A DNA stretch of 32,097 nucleotides from an uncultured Pseudomonadales bacterium (GTDB lineage Bacteria > Patescibacteriota > Microgenomatia > UBA1400 > RBG-16-45-19): positions 1 to 32,097 of the forward strand of contig CAZKZW010000004.1 in NCBI GenBank assembly GCA_964557365.1, in the 5' to 3' direction. Numbering within the stretch: position 1 is the first letter of the stretch; each line of letters opens with the position of its first letter. Positions 15,486-23,060 of this stretch are shown piece after piece. The notes under the pieces are model-generated. The model saw only the letters and a list, made by a program, of their open reading frames with translations. It was not told the origin of the DNA and did not search any database. The translations under genes and the position numbers were made by a program.

Positions 15486-16697
15486 TTATTTTCTAACAAA
15501 CAAGATGGCATTGGGAATATTTCTTCCGGGCCCCACTTTATACCCCCCAGCCCACATTGCGGTTGATCCGCCAGAATCCATATTTATCGCGTGTTCCATA
15601 CCCATAGCCTGCAATATCTTGGCTGCACCAACAACTGATGCTCCATGAATGACGCCTATATAGACCGTGTTACCTTTGGCAGCCACAAATGCACGATTGG
15701 AACCACTGGACATTTTTGCATCATCATTGCCCCCAAACTGAATATCTTTATTCATAAGTAACAGCGGATAATTTGAAATCATGGAATCTATTCCGGTATC
15801 TCGACCCCACTCCTGAACTTTACCCACAAAACGGACAGAAGAACCTTGAAAAATAACTGCAGGATTGGTGCTGTAGACATTATTGTCAGAATTAAAATAT
15901 GTTTTATCTTTATTCATCACCAGCAAATCAAACGAGTTTGTTTTGCCTACGCATGAAGGGTAAGACGCCGGACAAAAATACGAACCATTTATGGCAGCCC
16001 ATGCCCCATTTCTTGCAGCATAGTCTGCGAGTGGCAAGACAGGACAATCATTAGCGCAGGATTCTTTGGATGCTGTGTCAACAATAACCCGAGTATTACT
16101 TAAGTCGCCGGTAGCAATATCCACCACATATTCACTGCCACCCACATTCACTTTTTGGCGGCGGTAACCTGATCCTGGTGGTTCACTTGCCAGCGTAAGA
16201 CTGGCAACATCAATCCCTTTTAGGACCGCTGCAGCCACAATTGTTTCATCAACTTGTTTGTTTAGCTTTGCCAGAGTAGCTGAAGCTGAGGTATAGTTTA
16301 GATTGGCAAGCTGACTGAGGATCAAGGCAAAATCTTTATCATTTTTTTGATCTTTCGTAAGAAGCTTAGCATCACTCATTTTTTCAAAAACAGTGATTGC
16401 CTGCGTATATACTTGCTTTGTTTCGGTAATATTCTTTTTAAGTTCTTGGTTGGTTTTGTATTGATCTTCTGACTCTAAGGCGGCTAATTTTGCCTGTACA
16501 GCGGCAATGTCCGTGGTCAATTGTGTCAAAGACTGCTGTTGAACGTGTACAGTTTGTCTGTAGCCCGAATATGCTTGGTGGATCTGGAAAATACCCTGAA
16601 CTGTCACTGTCACTACTACAATGGCGGCACCAATAATTGGAATGAGATTTGTCCAAGATTTGGTTCGATGATACGTGGAAGTGGAAAATGTTTTCAT
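15486..16697 (-). CDS. Membrane-anchored phosphodiester glycosidase (DUF2233/NAGPA-like) family protein
   Basis: N-terminal TM (LIPIIGAAIVVVTVTVQGIF), a coiled-coil-like segment, then AINGSYF and AINMDSGGSTAM motifs typical of this family. Confidence 0.75.
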   Translation of the reverse strand: MKTFSTSTYHRTKSWTNLIPIIGAAIVVVTVTVQGIFQIHQAYSGYRQTVHVQQQSLTQLTTDIAAVQAKLAALESEDQYKTNQELKKNITETKQVYTQAITVFEKMSDAKLLTKDQKNDKDFALILSQLANLNYTSASATLAKLNKQVDETIVAAAVLKGIDVASLTLASEPPGSGYRRQKVNVGGSEYVVDIATGDLSNTRVIVDTASKESCANDCPVLPLADYAARNGAWAAINGSYFCPASYPSCVGKTNSFDLLVMNKDKTYFNSDNNVYSTNPAVIFQGSSVRFVGKVQEWGRDTGIDSMISNYPLLLMNKDIQFGGNDDAKMSSGSNRAFVAAKGNTVYIGVIHGASVVGAAKILQAMGMEHAINMDSGGSTAMWAGGYKVGPGRNIPNAILFVRK

Positions 16698-16751
16698 ATT
16701 TTTTGTCTATTTCTACTGTACCATGGCTCGTTTTCGTTTATACTCAATACC

Positions 16752-17372
16752 ATGATTGTCTATTTTGTCCGACATGGTGAGAGTGAAGGGAATGTTGCCA
16801 ACATCCATCAGAATGCTGAGGTGACACTATCAGAAATTGGTCAATCACAAGCCAAAATGGCAGGATATCGATTTAAGAAAATTCCCGTTGATGTGGTTAT
16901 TGCCAGTGATTACGTTCGCACGATGCAGACAGCAGAAATTATCAACCACACCCTTCAGCGACCGATGGAAACCTCATCTTTACTGAGGGAAATGCGAAGA
17001 CCAAGTGAAGTTGTGGGCAAGGGAATTCATGATCCGTATGTAACTGAAATTAAACAAACTATTAAAGACCATCGGAATGAACCTGAATGGCATTTTAGTG
17101 ACGAAGAGAATTTTTATGATTTTAAACTTCGGGCTAAAACGTGCCTCCATATGTTGGAAGACCGTTCTGAATCACACATATTATGCGTTACTCATGGATT
17201 TTTTCTTTGCATGATAATTAGCATTGTTGTGTTTGAAGATGACTTAACCCCAACACTTTTTGAGAAGATGTATCATCAATTTCATAACAGTAATACCGGC
17301 ATCACTACCTGTGAGCACGATGAAAACGGGTGGCATTTGTTGACTTGGAATGATCACGCGCACTTAGGATAG
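16752..17372 (+). CDS. Histidine phosphatase (phosphoglycerate-mutase-like) family protein
   Basis: The MIVYFVRHGESEGN catalytic RHG motif lies directly at the chosen ATG, with a downstream VTHG motif. The ATG sits 7 nt after TATACT (16739-44). The track's 77-aa N-terminal extension overlaps the divergent gene. Confidence 0.85.
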   Translation: MIVYFVRHGESEGNVANIHQNAEVTLSEIGQSQAKMAGYRFKKIPVDVVIASDYVRTMQTAEIINHTLQRPMETSSLLREMRRPSEVVGKGIHDPYVTEIKQTIKDHRNEPEWHFSDEENFYDFKLRAKTCLHMLEDRSESHILCVTHGFFLCMIISIVVFEDDLTPTLFEKMYHQFHNSNTGITTCEHDENGWHLLTWNDHAHLG

Positions 17373-18800
17373 AGAAGTGATTGCGGCTTGGAGCCGCTTG
17401 AGACAAACATCTTTCCCCAATATGTGCATTACATCAAAGAGTGGTGGCGTTGCTTCGGCGCCAGTTAGGGCTAAACGGATCGTCATAAAGGCTGGCCGAG
17501 GTTTCATACCCGATTCAGCTTGAAGTGTGCGCAAGGATGTCTCCAATTCTTGGATTGACCATGTTTGTAGTGCTTTCACTATGTCATTCACACGACCTAG
17601 ATATGCTGCTAAAGCTGCAGCATCAGTCTTGGATTCTTTGAGTATGATGTGAGGATCAACTTGAGGATCATGATAGAAAAACTTTGTATATTCTTCAAGT
17701 TGAGACAAGATAACGAGTCGCTCTTTGATAAGGGGAAGAATGGTAGCAAGTAAATCTTGAGACAATTCAACTGGACGGAATGGTTCTAATCGTTTTAGTA
17801 ATTCTTCATTTGATAAATTACGAATATATATTCCGTTGATGTAATCGAGTTTGTTGGTGTCGAACGCGACAGATTTTTTATTGATGTTTTTAATATCAAA
17901 TTCTTTAACATACCGATCCATGGACAATATTTCTTCCTGATCAGAACTGGCCCAGCCAAGAATCATCAAAAAGTTTAACATCGCCTCAGGAAGATATCCT
18001 ATATCGATAAAGTGTTGAGCAGATACATCACCCTGACGTTTGCTCATTTTGCCTTTACCTGTCGGACTCAACAGATCAGGGACATGCGCATAGACGGGCA
18101 TTTCCCAACCAAATGCTTGATAAAGCAAGACATGTTTTGGGGTGGAACTAATCCACTCCTCACCACGAATAATGTGAGAGATTTCCATCAGGTGATCATC
18201 AACGACCACAGCCAAATGATAGGTGGGAAATCCATCAGATTTAAGTAATACTTGATCATCGATAAGGTCAGTATTAAACGCAATATCACCACGGATAAGA
18301 TCATTAAACGTAATGGTTTGATGTTCGGGAACCTTAAGACGGATAACATATGGTTCGTTCGCGGCTAATTTTGCCGCTACTTCATCTTTTGTCAAAGATG
18401 CACAATGTCGATCGTAGCGAGGTAATTGCTTGTTGGCTATTTGTTCTTGGCGCATGGACTCTAAGCGTTCTTTGGTGCAAAAACAGTAATAGGCTCTTCC
18501 ACTATCAATTAGTTTTTGAGCGTATTCTTTGTAAATGGCGAGCCGTTCTGATTGAATGTAAGGTCCAAATGCACCCGGCATATCTGGTCCTTCGTCGTAG
18601 TTTAATCCGTAGGCTTTAAACGTATTGAGGGTTTTTTCCATGGCTCCAGGAACTAATCGTTCACGATCAGTGTCTTCAACCCGGATAATAAATTGACCTT
18701 GTCTACCTCTGGCATACGCGTAGTTTCTGAGCGCTACATACAAACTGCCTATGTGGAGTAAACCAGTTGGGGACGGGGCCATGCGAGTGCGTACAGTCAT
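17364..18800 (-). CDS. gltX: Glutamate--tRNA ligase
   Basis: RMAPSPTGLLHIGSL (HIGH motif), KMSKR (KMSKS motif), and typical length and C-terminal anticodon-binding region. Confidence 0.95.
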   Translation of the reverse strand: MTVRTRMAPSPTGLLHIGSLYVALRNYAYARGRQGQFIIRVEDTDRERLVPGAMEKTLNTFKAYGLNYDEGPDMPGAFGPYIQSERLAIYKEYAQKLIDSGRAYYCFCTKERLESMRQEQIANKQLPRYDRHCASLTKDEVAAKLAANEPYVIRLKVPEHQTITFNDLIRGDIAFNTDLIDDQVLLKSDGFPTYHLAVVVDDHLMEISHIIRGEEWISSTPKHVLLYQAFGWEMPVYAHVPDLLSPTGKGKMSKRQGDVSAQHFIDIGYLPEAMLNFLMILGWASSDQEEILSMDRYVKEFDIKNINKKSVAFDTNKLDYINGIYIRNLSNEELLKRLEPFRPVELSQDLLATILPLIKERLVILSQLEEYTKFFYHDPQVDPHIILKESKTDAAALAAYLGRVNDIVKALQTWSIQELETSLRTLQAESGMKPRPAFMTIRLALTGAEATPPLFDVMHILGKDVCLKRLQAAITSLS

Positions 18801-18806
18801 GGTTGC

Positions 18807-18835
18807 ATTCTACCAGAGGTGGTAGGTATACTCAA
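18807..18835 (-). promoter_or_regulatory. gltX promoter (TTGAGT-17-TGgTAGAAT), 6 nt before the ATG
   Basis: On the minus strand: -35 at 18835-18830, TG at 18815-14, -10 TAGAAT at 18812-18807, then GCAACC and ATG (18800). There is no room for an SD. Confidence 0.5.
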
Positions 18836-18844
18836 CGTATACTT

Positions 18845-19894
18845 ATGGCAACATTAACTGAAAGCGCACATGTTAGCAGGATTGTGATCAAGTGGGGCAT
18901 TGTTGGCATCTGCGGCCTTATGGTTGGTAGGATGATTATTGGTGGGCTGATCGCTTGGTATAAAGCAACTCATCCCGTGATTCCTGATCCCACGATTGGT
19001 TTTGGTGTATTGCCCCCCGTAGCTTTTCCCGAAGAACAACGACCTCAGCTGACATATCGCCTGGAAACTATTACGGGCGGTTTGCCGGCCATGCCGACTC
19101 AAGCTGATGTGATTCTGGAACTTGCAGAGCGTCCCAATTTACTGGCGATGGAACGAGCAACAAGAGAAGCGGCGGCGATGGGCTTTAAAGTACAACCAGA
19201 AAAGATATCAGATCTTGAGTATCAGTGGAAACTGGTTACCCCGATCCCCTCAACCTTAACCTCACAAATATATGATGGCCGATTTACATGGATAACTCAT
19301 TGGGAATCTGATCCAAACTTTTTGGCAGCGAAAACTTTACCAACTCAGTCGCAGGCAGCGAAGGAAGTACGAGATTTGGTTAGAAAAACAGGTCAATCAA
19401 TTGATGATTTGCCTGAAAACAACGCAGAACTGAATTATTTGAAAGGAGTGGGAGGCACATTCCGGCCGGTCCCCTCTTTATCAGATGCCGATTTTGTTCA
19501 AGTTGATTTATTCCGTCAACTGTATAAGGAGAAACATCCATTCGTGACTCCTGTACCTGATCAAGGAGTGGTTCGGGTTATTCTTTCGGGAAATCCCAAA
19601 GATGGCAGAGTTGTTCAAGCCACGTACAATTATTTCCCGTTGGATTACACGACGACTGAAACATATCCCTTGCGCCCTATTGATCAAGCGTGGGAGGAAC
19701 TACAAGCAGGGAAAGGATACGTGGCACGGCTCGATCGAAGCGTGACTGATGTGGTGGTCCGAAAGGTGGAATTGGGGTATTACGACAGCTTTGAGCCGCA
19801 AAAATATATGCAGCCTGTGTATGTGTTTACAGGTGATAATAACTTCGTAGCCTATGTCCAGGCAGTACGCGAACCCACGAATACTGAAGAATAG
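18845..19894 (+). CDS. Hypothetical membrane-anchored extracytoplasmic protein (349 aa)
   Basis: ATG at 18845, downstream of TTGCAT-18-TATACT (18803-18832). N-terminal TM (IVIKWGIVGICGLMVGRMIIGGLIAWY) followed by a soluble alpha/beta region. I recognise no family motif. Confidence 0.65.
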   Translation: MATLTESAHVSRIVIKWGIVGICGLMVGRMIIGGLIAWYKATHPVIPDPTIGFGVLPPVAFPEEQRPQLTYRLETITGGLPAMPTQADVILELAERPNLLAMERATREAAAMGFKVQPEKISDLEYQWKLVTPIPSTLTSQIYDGRFTWITHWESDPNFLAAKTLPTQSQAAKEVRDLVRKTGQSIDDLPENNAELNYLKGVGGTFRPVPSLSDADFVQVDLFRQLYKEKHPFVTPVPDQGVVRVILSGNPKDGRVVQATYNYFPLDYTTTETYPLRPIDQAWEELQAGKGYVARLDRSVTDVVVRKVELGYYDSFEPQKYMQPVYVFTGDNNFVAYVQAVREPTNTEE

Positions 19895-19902
19895 AATTTT
19901 TA

Positions 19903-20808
19903 TTACCAAGTTATGGATTTATAAGCCCAATCGATGATGGCTTTGGAGTCAGCGAAACGGTCGCGACTGTTTAACACAACCGTGATGATGTCGTGATCGC
20001 GAGATATATAGGTAACTAAACAATCTCCAGCTAATTCAGTCCAACCAGTCTTTATACCGATAACGCCAGGAACATCCCATAATAATTGATTTAAGTTTTT
20101 CAGCGTATGAATTGCTTTGCTATTAGCAGTGGTTATCGTCATTTCTTTGGTACCCACAATTTTTTTGAGAACAGAATTATCCATGACATGAGTGGCAATA
20201 ACCGCTAAATCGGCAGCGCTACTGTAGTGATCGTCTGCTTCAACTCCAGACACATTAGAGAAATGAGTATTTTTCAAACCGAACGAAATAGCCTTTCGAT
20301 TCATGAGATCAACAAAGGTTTGATATCCCCCTGCATGATGGTCAGCTAAACTCATGGCGGCATCATTGCCCGAATTAATCAACATGGCAGTAATAAGATC
20401 TATCACCGTGAATTGTTCGCCCTGAGTCAAGTCAACCGAATGACCAATGGCTTCTGCAGCCCGAGAAACCGTGATGATTTCCTCAGGATCGTATTCGTCC
20501 ATCGCCACCAGCGCGGTCATCATTTTGGTAGTGGAAGCAGGCATCAAGCGTATATGTTCATTTTTACCATACACCACTTGATGACTCTGAATATCATAAA
20601 CGATCAAACCTTCTGCGGTCACCGTGGCGGGAAAAGTGGATTCATTCACCTTGGGTGGAGAAATGGTGGGTTTTATTTCTGCCGACTGGGAAGCAATTGC
20701 CGCGATGGGCGTTTGAGTGATTTTTGGGGTGCGTTGCCACCACACAATCCCTGTGGTTAATCCCACAAAACCAATTCCGGCAATGATAAGGACTATCTTG
20801 TTATTCAT
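19903..20808 (-). CDS. D-alanyl-D-alanine carboxypeptidase (peptidase S11, PBP5-like)
   Basis: N-terminal TM. SxxK (ASTTKMM), SxN (NSGND) and KTG (KTGWT) motifs in canonical order. Confidence 0.9.
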   Translation of the reverse strand: MNNKIVLIIAGIGFVGLTTGIVWWQRTPKITQTPIAAIASQSAEIKPTISPPKVNESTFPATVTAEGLIVYDIQSHQVVYGKNEHIRLMPASTTKMMTALVAMDEYDPEEIITVSRAAEAIGHSVDLTQGEQFTVIDLITAMLINSGNDAAMSLADHHAGGYQTFVDLMNRKAISFGLKNTHFSNVSGVEADDHYSSAADLAVIATHVMDNSVLKKIVGTKEMTITTANSKAIHTLKNLNQLLWDVPGVIGIKTGWTELAGDCLVTYISRDHDIITVVLNSRDRFADSKAIIDWAYKSITW

Positions 20809-20815
20809 AACCTAC

Positions 20816-22156
20816 CTACTCTTTTTGATGAGGTTGGAGAATGGAAAGCCGCGAATCGATCCGCTCCATATCGCGGGGGAATAGACTGGCTTCACGAATA
20901 TTTTTAAGACCCAAGATTTGCATGGTTACCCGCTCTGCTCCCAAAGCAAATCCTCCCAAGGGAGGGGTGCCGTACCGGAATGATTGCAAATATAATTCAA
21001 TGTCTTCTGGTTTTAATCCCCATTGCTTGACGTTTCCGATAATTTGATTGTAGTCATGTAACCGCTCTCCTCCACTACTCCATTCAACTCCTCGACCCAA
21101 CAAATCCACGCTAAAGGCATAGGTGGGATCAGCTGGGTCAGGAGCCACATAAAACGGTTTTTTGGCGGTTATAAAGTGGGTAATGAAAATAAGATCTGAA
21201 CCAAGTTTTTCCTTGGCATAGGCACAAATTTCCCGTTCATCTTCGGGAGCGAGATCTTTTTCTTGGCGACAATCACGGCCAGTCCGTTCAAAGATAATTT
21301 GCTGTGCTTCGCGAAGTTTGAGAACGGGGATTTTTTCTGATACGAGAGGAAGTGTGGCATTGTATAGTGCTAATTCTGCCGCACACTTTTCCCGAACTTC
21401 TTGGAAGATGTATTTGATCACATATTCTTGCATCGCCATTACATCAGTCCAAGAATCAATGAAACCAAACTCCGCATCCAAACTGGTAGCTTCGGTGAGA
21501 TGACGCGTAGTAACTGATGGCTCAGCTCGGAAAATTTGATTGACTGAAAAGACTCGCTCAAACGCACCCACTAGTAGCGATTTATATAGCTGAGGACTTT
21601 GAGATAAATATGCATGACGGCCAAAATAATCTACCTTGAAGACTTCAGCTCCCCCTTCGGGAACGGCTGAGATGATTGAAGGAGCTTGGAATTCTAAGAA
21701 ATCTTTGGCTTGAAGTGCTCGGCGGAAACTATCTACTACAACCTGTTGAACTTTAAAGATGGCCTGAATCTTTGGATGCCTCAAGACAAGTGAACGATAA
21801 TCCAATTGGATCGGTAATTCCGGATCTAAATCCTCTTTGTTCATATCAAAAGGAAGTTCTGCAGCTTTGGATACAAGTTCAATCGTTTCGGCGGTGATTT
21901 CCACGGTACCCGTAGCAAGTTTGGGATTCACTAGTTTTTCTGGTCGAGCTTGGACTTTTCCGGTTACATACACAACATCTTCTGAACGAAGTCCTTGGGA
22001 AAGTTCACCGTAAGCAAAAATCTGAACGATACCCGTTCGATCCCGCAAATCGATGAAAGAAATTTTGCCATGATCGCGTTTGACGTCGACCCAACCTTTG
22101 AGCAGGACTGTTTCACCAACTTTTTGTACAGTGTCTTTTATAAGTGTACGTTCCAT
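20816..22156 (-). CDS. aspS: Aspartate--tRNA ligase, short archaeal/eukaryal-type
   Basis: N-terminal OB fold, SQSPQLYK, class II motif 2 FRAEPSVTTRHLTE, motif 3 GGFALGAERVTM and FPRD. At about 446 aa it lacks the bacterial insertion domain. SPQL (not SGQL) favours Asp over Asn specificity. I chose the ATG at 22156, preceded by AAGGAG (22166-61). Confidence 0.88.
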   Translation of the reverse strand: MERTLIKDTVQKVGETVLLKGWVDVKRDHGKISFIDLRDRTGIVQIFAYGELSQGLRSEDVVYVTGKVQARPEKLVNPKLATGTVEITAETIELVSKAAELPFDMNKEDLDPELPIQLDYRSLVLRHPKIQAIFKVQQVVVDSFRRALQAKDFLEFQAPSIISAVPEGGAEVFKVDYFGRHAYLSQSPQLYKSLLVGAFERVFSVNQIFRAEPSVTTRHLTEATSLDAEFGFIDSWTDVMAMQEYVIKYIFQEVREKCAAELALYNATLPLVSEKIPVLKLREAQQIIFERTGRDCRQEKDLAPEDEREICAYAKEKLGSDLIFITHFITAKKPFYVAPDPADPTYAFSVDLLGRGVEWSSGGERLHDYNQIIGNVKQWGLKPEDIELYLQSFRYGTPPLGGFALGAERVTMQILGLKNIREASLFPRDMERIDSRLSILQPHQKE

Positions 22157-22177
22157 AAAACTCCTTTTTTGGTGGGG

Positions 22178-22359
22178 AAACAACAAAGGCACCCCTTTTA
22201 CCTTGTAAAGGTCCCTTCGGCTATGCTCAGGGAGGTGCCAACCTTACTATACTTATTCCTGCTGTGACGGGCTTACCCGGCGGGTTCTACTGATTGAATA
22301 TCTCAATGTTCTTCCCGCAGCTCTCCTGGTGTCAACCAAGATGTATCGCTGTTAGTTAT
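22178..22359 (-). promoter_or_regulatory. T-box-like leader (antiterminator/terminator switch) of aspS
   Basis: On the minus strand: T-box-like AAGGUUGGCACCUCC (22245-22231). Antiterminator fold: A1 AAGG (22245-42)/CCUU (22211-08), bulge UUGGCACC, A2 UCCCU (22233-29)/AGGGA (22216-12). Competing terminator: GGCACCUC (22239-32)/GGGGUGCC (22195-88), followed by UUUGUUGUUU (22187-78). Stem I and the specifier are not confidently assigned. Confidence 0.5.
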
Positions 22360-22440
22360 TTTGTTATTGTACTACGTCGGCTACGCAGTTCCCATCCTAG
22401 GAATTTTTTTCATGATCTTGTATAATTCCTCACGGACTCT

Positions 22441-22677
22441 ATGGAAAACGAAACCAAACTCAATATCGATCAATTATGTTCATTAGTTACACCTGAACTA
22501 ATTGAAAAAGCAAAAATTGCACCTAATAACAACGGTAGCTGTGTCATGCATCCAAATCTTCTAATCCACATCTTGACCACAAACCCTAATGTAGCGGCTG
22601 CAGATATGGTTAACATTGTGGACCTTGCCGTTCAAGAATATAAAAACAATAAAAAACAACAAATTGATACTAATTGA
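22441..22677 (+). CDS. Small hypothetical protein (78 aa)
   Basis: ORF with TATAAT (22421-26) 14 nt upstream of the ATG. No recognisable motif. Lies in an AT-rich islet. Confidence 0.45.
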   Translation: MENETKLNIDQLCSLVTPELIEKAKIAPNNNGSCVMHPNLLIHILTTNPNVAAADMVNIVDLAVQEYKNNKKQQIDTN

Positions 22678-22684
22678 AAGACTC

Positions 22685-22713
22685 TTGACCTGAGTTTTTC
22701 ATTGTGATCTAAT
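22685..22713 (+). promoter_or_regulatory. Strong sigma-70-like promoter (TTGACC-17-TGaTCTAAT)
   Basis: -35 at 22685-90, TG at 22705-06 and -10 at 22708-13. It begins 8 nt after the stop of the preceding small ORF. Confidence 0.5.
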
Positions 22714-22722
22714 ACTAAACGT

Positions 22723-22797
22723 ATGTTGTCAGTTTGTCGCAATCACCAAATGTTCCAAGTTATTACCCTTCTTACGGGCGAGGTTTTGGTGGATTAA
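22723..22797 (+). CDS. Candidate leaderless 24-codon micro-ORF / leader peptide (MLSVCRNHQMFQVITLLTGEVLVD)
   Basis: The ATG lies 9 nt after the -10 hexamer, the same geometry as other leaderless genes in this window. TAA at 22795-97. The ORF covers attenuator segments 1 and 2. It could equally be non-coding. Confidence 0.3.
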   Translation: MLSVCRNHQMFQVITLLTGEVLVD

Positions 22798-22854
22798 GAA
22801 AACAAAAACAAAGAAATAATCAACCAAAACCCCGCAAAAAGGCGGGGTTTTTTT
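22744..22854 (+). promoter_or_regulatory. Four-segment transcription attenuator (or riboswitch-like leader) upstream of ORF 22855
   Basis: Segment 1 is CACCAAA (22744-50). Segment 2 is GCGAGGUUUUGGUG (22778-91). Segment 3 is CCAAAACCCCGC (22824-35). Segment 4 is GCGGGGUUUU (22842-51). Pairings are 1:2 with 7 bp, 2:3 with 11 of 12 bp, and 3:4 forming the terminator. The three pairings are mutually exclusive. Confidence 0.5.
22826..22854 (+). terminator. Intrinsic (rho-independent) terminator, A-tract/U-tract flanked
   Basis: aaaaCCCCGC-aaaaag-GCGGGGttttttt. The GC stem is 22830-35/22842-47 and the T7 run is 22848-54. The next ATG (22855) abuts the T-run. Confidence 0.75.
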
Positions 22855-23052
22855 ATGACAAAAGAATTTTTTATACCTACCAGCACAAATCGGATCGGAA
22901 ATGATATTAAAGATGGTGTTATCGCCAGAGAGGAGGCTGAACAATATGCGATTGATCTACTAAGTGAAATGCATAATTATGCAAATCCTGAGGTAGTCGA
23001 GAACTTTGCAACAGTAATATTTGATTTAGCAAGTATTATTTATGTTAATTAA
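22855..23052 (+). CDS. Small hypothetical acidic protein (65 aa)
   Basis: ORF starting immediately after the terminator T-run. The only SD-like purines (GGCGGGG) lie in the terminator's 3' arm. No recognisable motif. Confidence 0.4.
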   Translation: MTKEFFIPTSTNRIGNDIKDGVIAREEAEQYAIDLLSEMHNYANPEVVENFATVIFDLASIIYVN

Positions 23053-23060
23053 GGAAATAT

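Noticed and set aside
16521-16751. 77-aa N-terminal extension of the histidine phosphatase ORF in the track.
   Set aside because: The extension overlaps the 5' end of the divergent glycosidase gene and is Cys/His-rich nonsense. The catalytic RHG motif begins 6 residues after Met-78, which has a -10 box 7 nt upstream.
18767-18844. 26-aa extension of the 18845 ORF, the 13998-14024 extension of greA, and the 31273-31317 extension of DUF4446.
   Set aside because: Each extension would overlap the divergent neighbour's start and destroy the promoter geometry seen at the internal Met. The extension sequences are not protein-like.
22157-22192. GTG-initiated 12-aa extension of AspRS (MPLLFPHQKRSF).
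   Set aside because: It would start inside the terminator/U-tract of the leader. The ATG at 22156 is preceded by AAGGAG and matches the usual AspRS N-terminus.
22729-22944. 71-aa minus-strand ORF spanning the attenuator/terminator.
   Set aside because: It reads straight through the GC hairpin and A/T runs and has a Phe/Cys/Lys-rich composition with no start signals. The plus-strand regulatory interpretation explains the region better.
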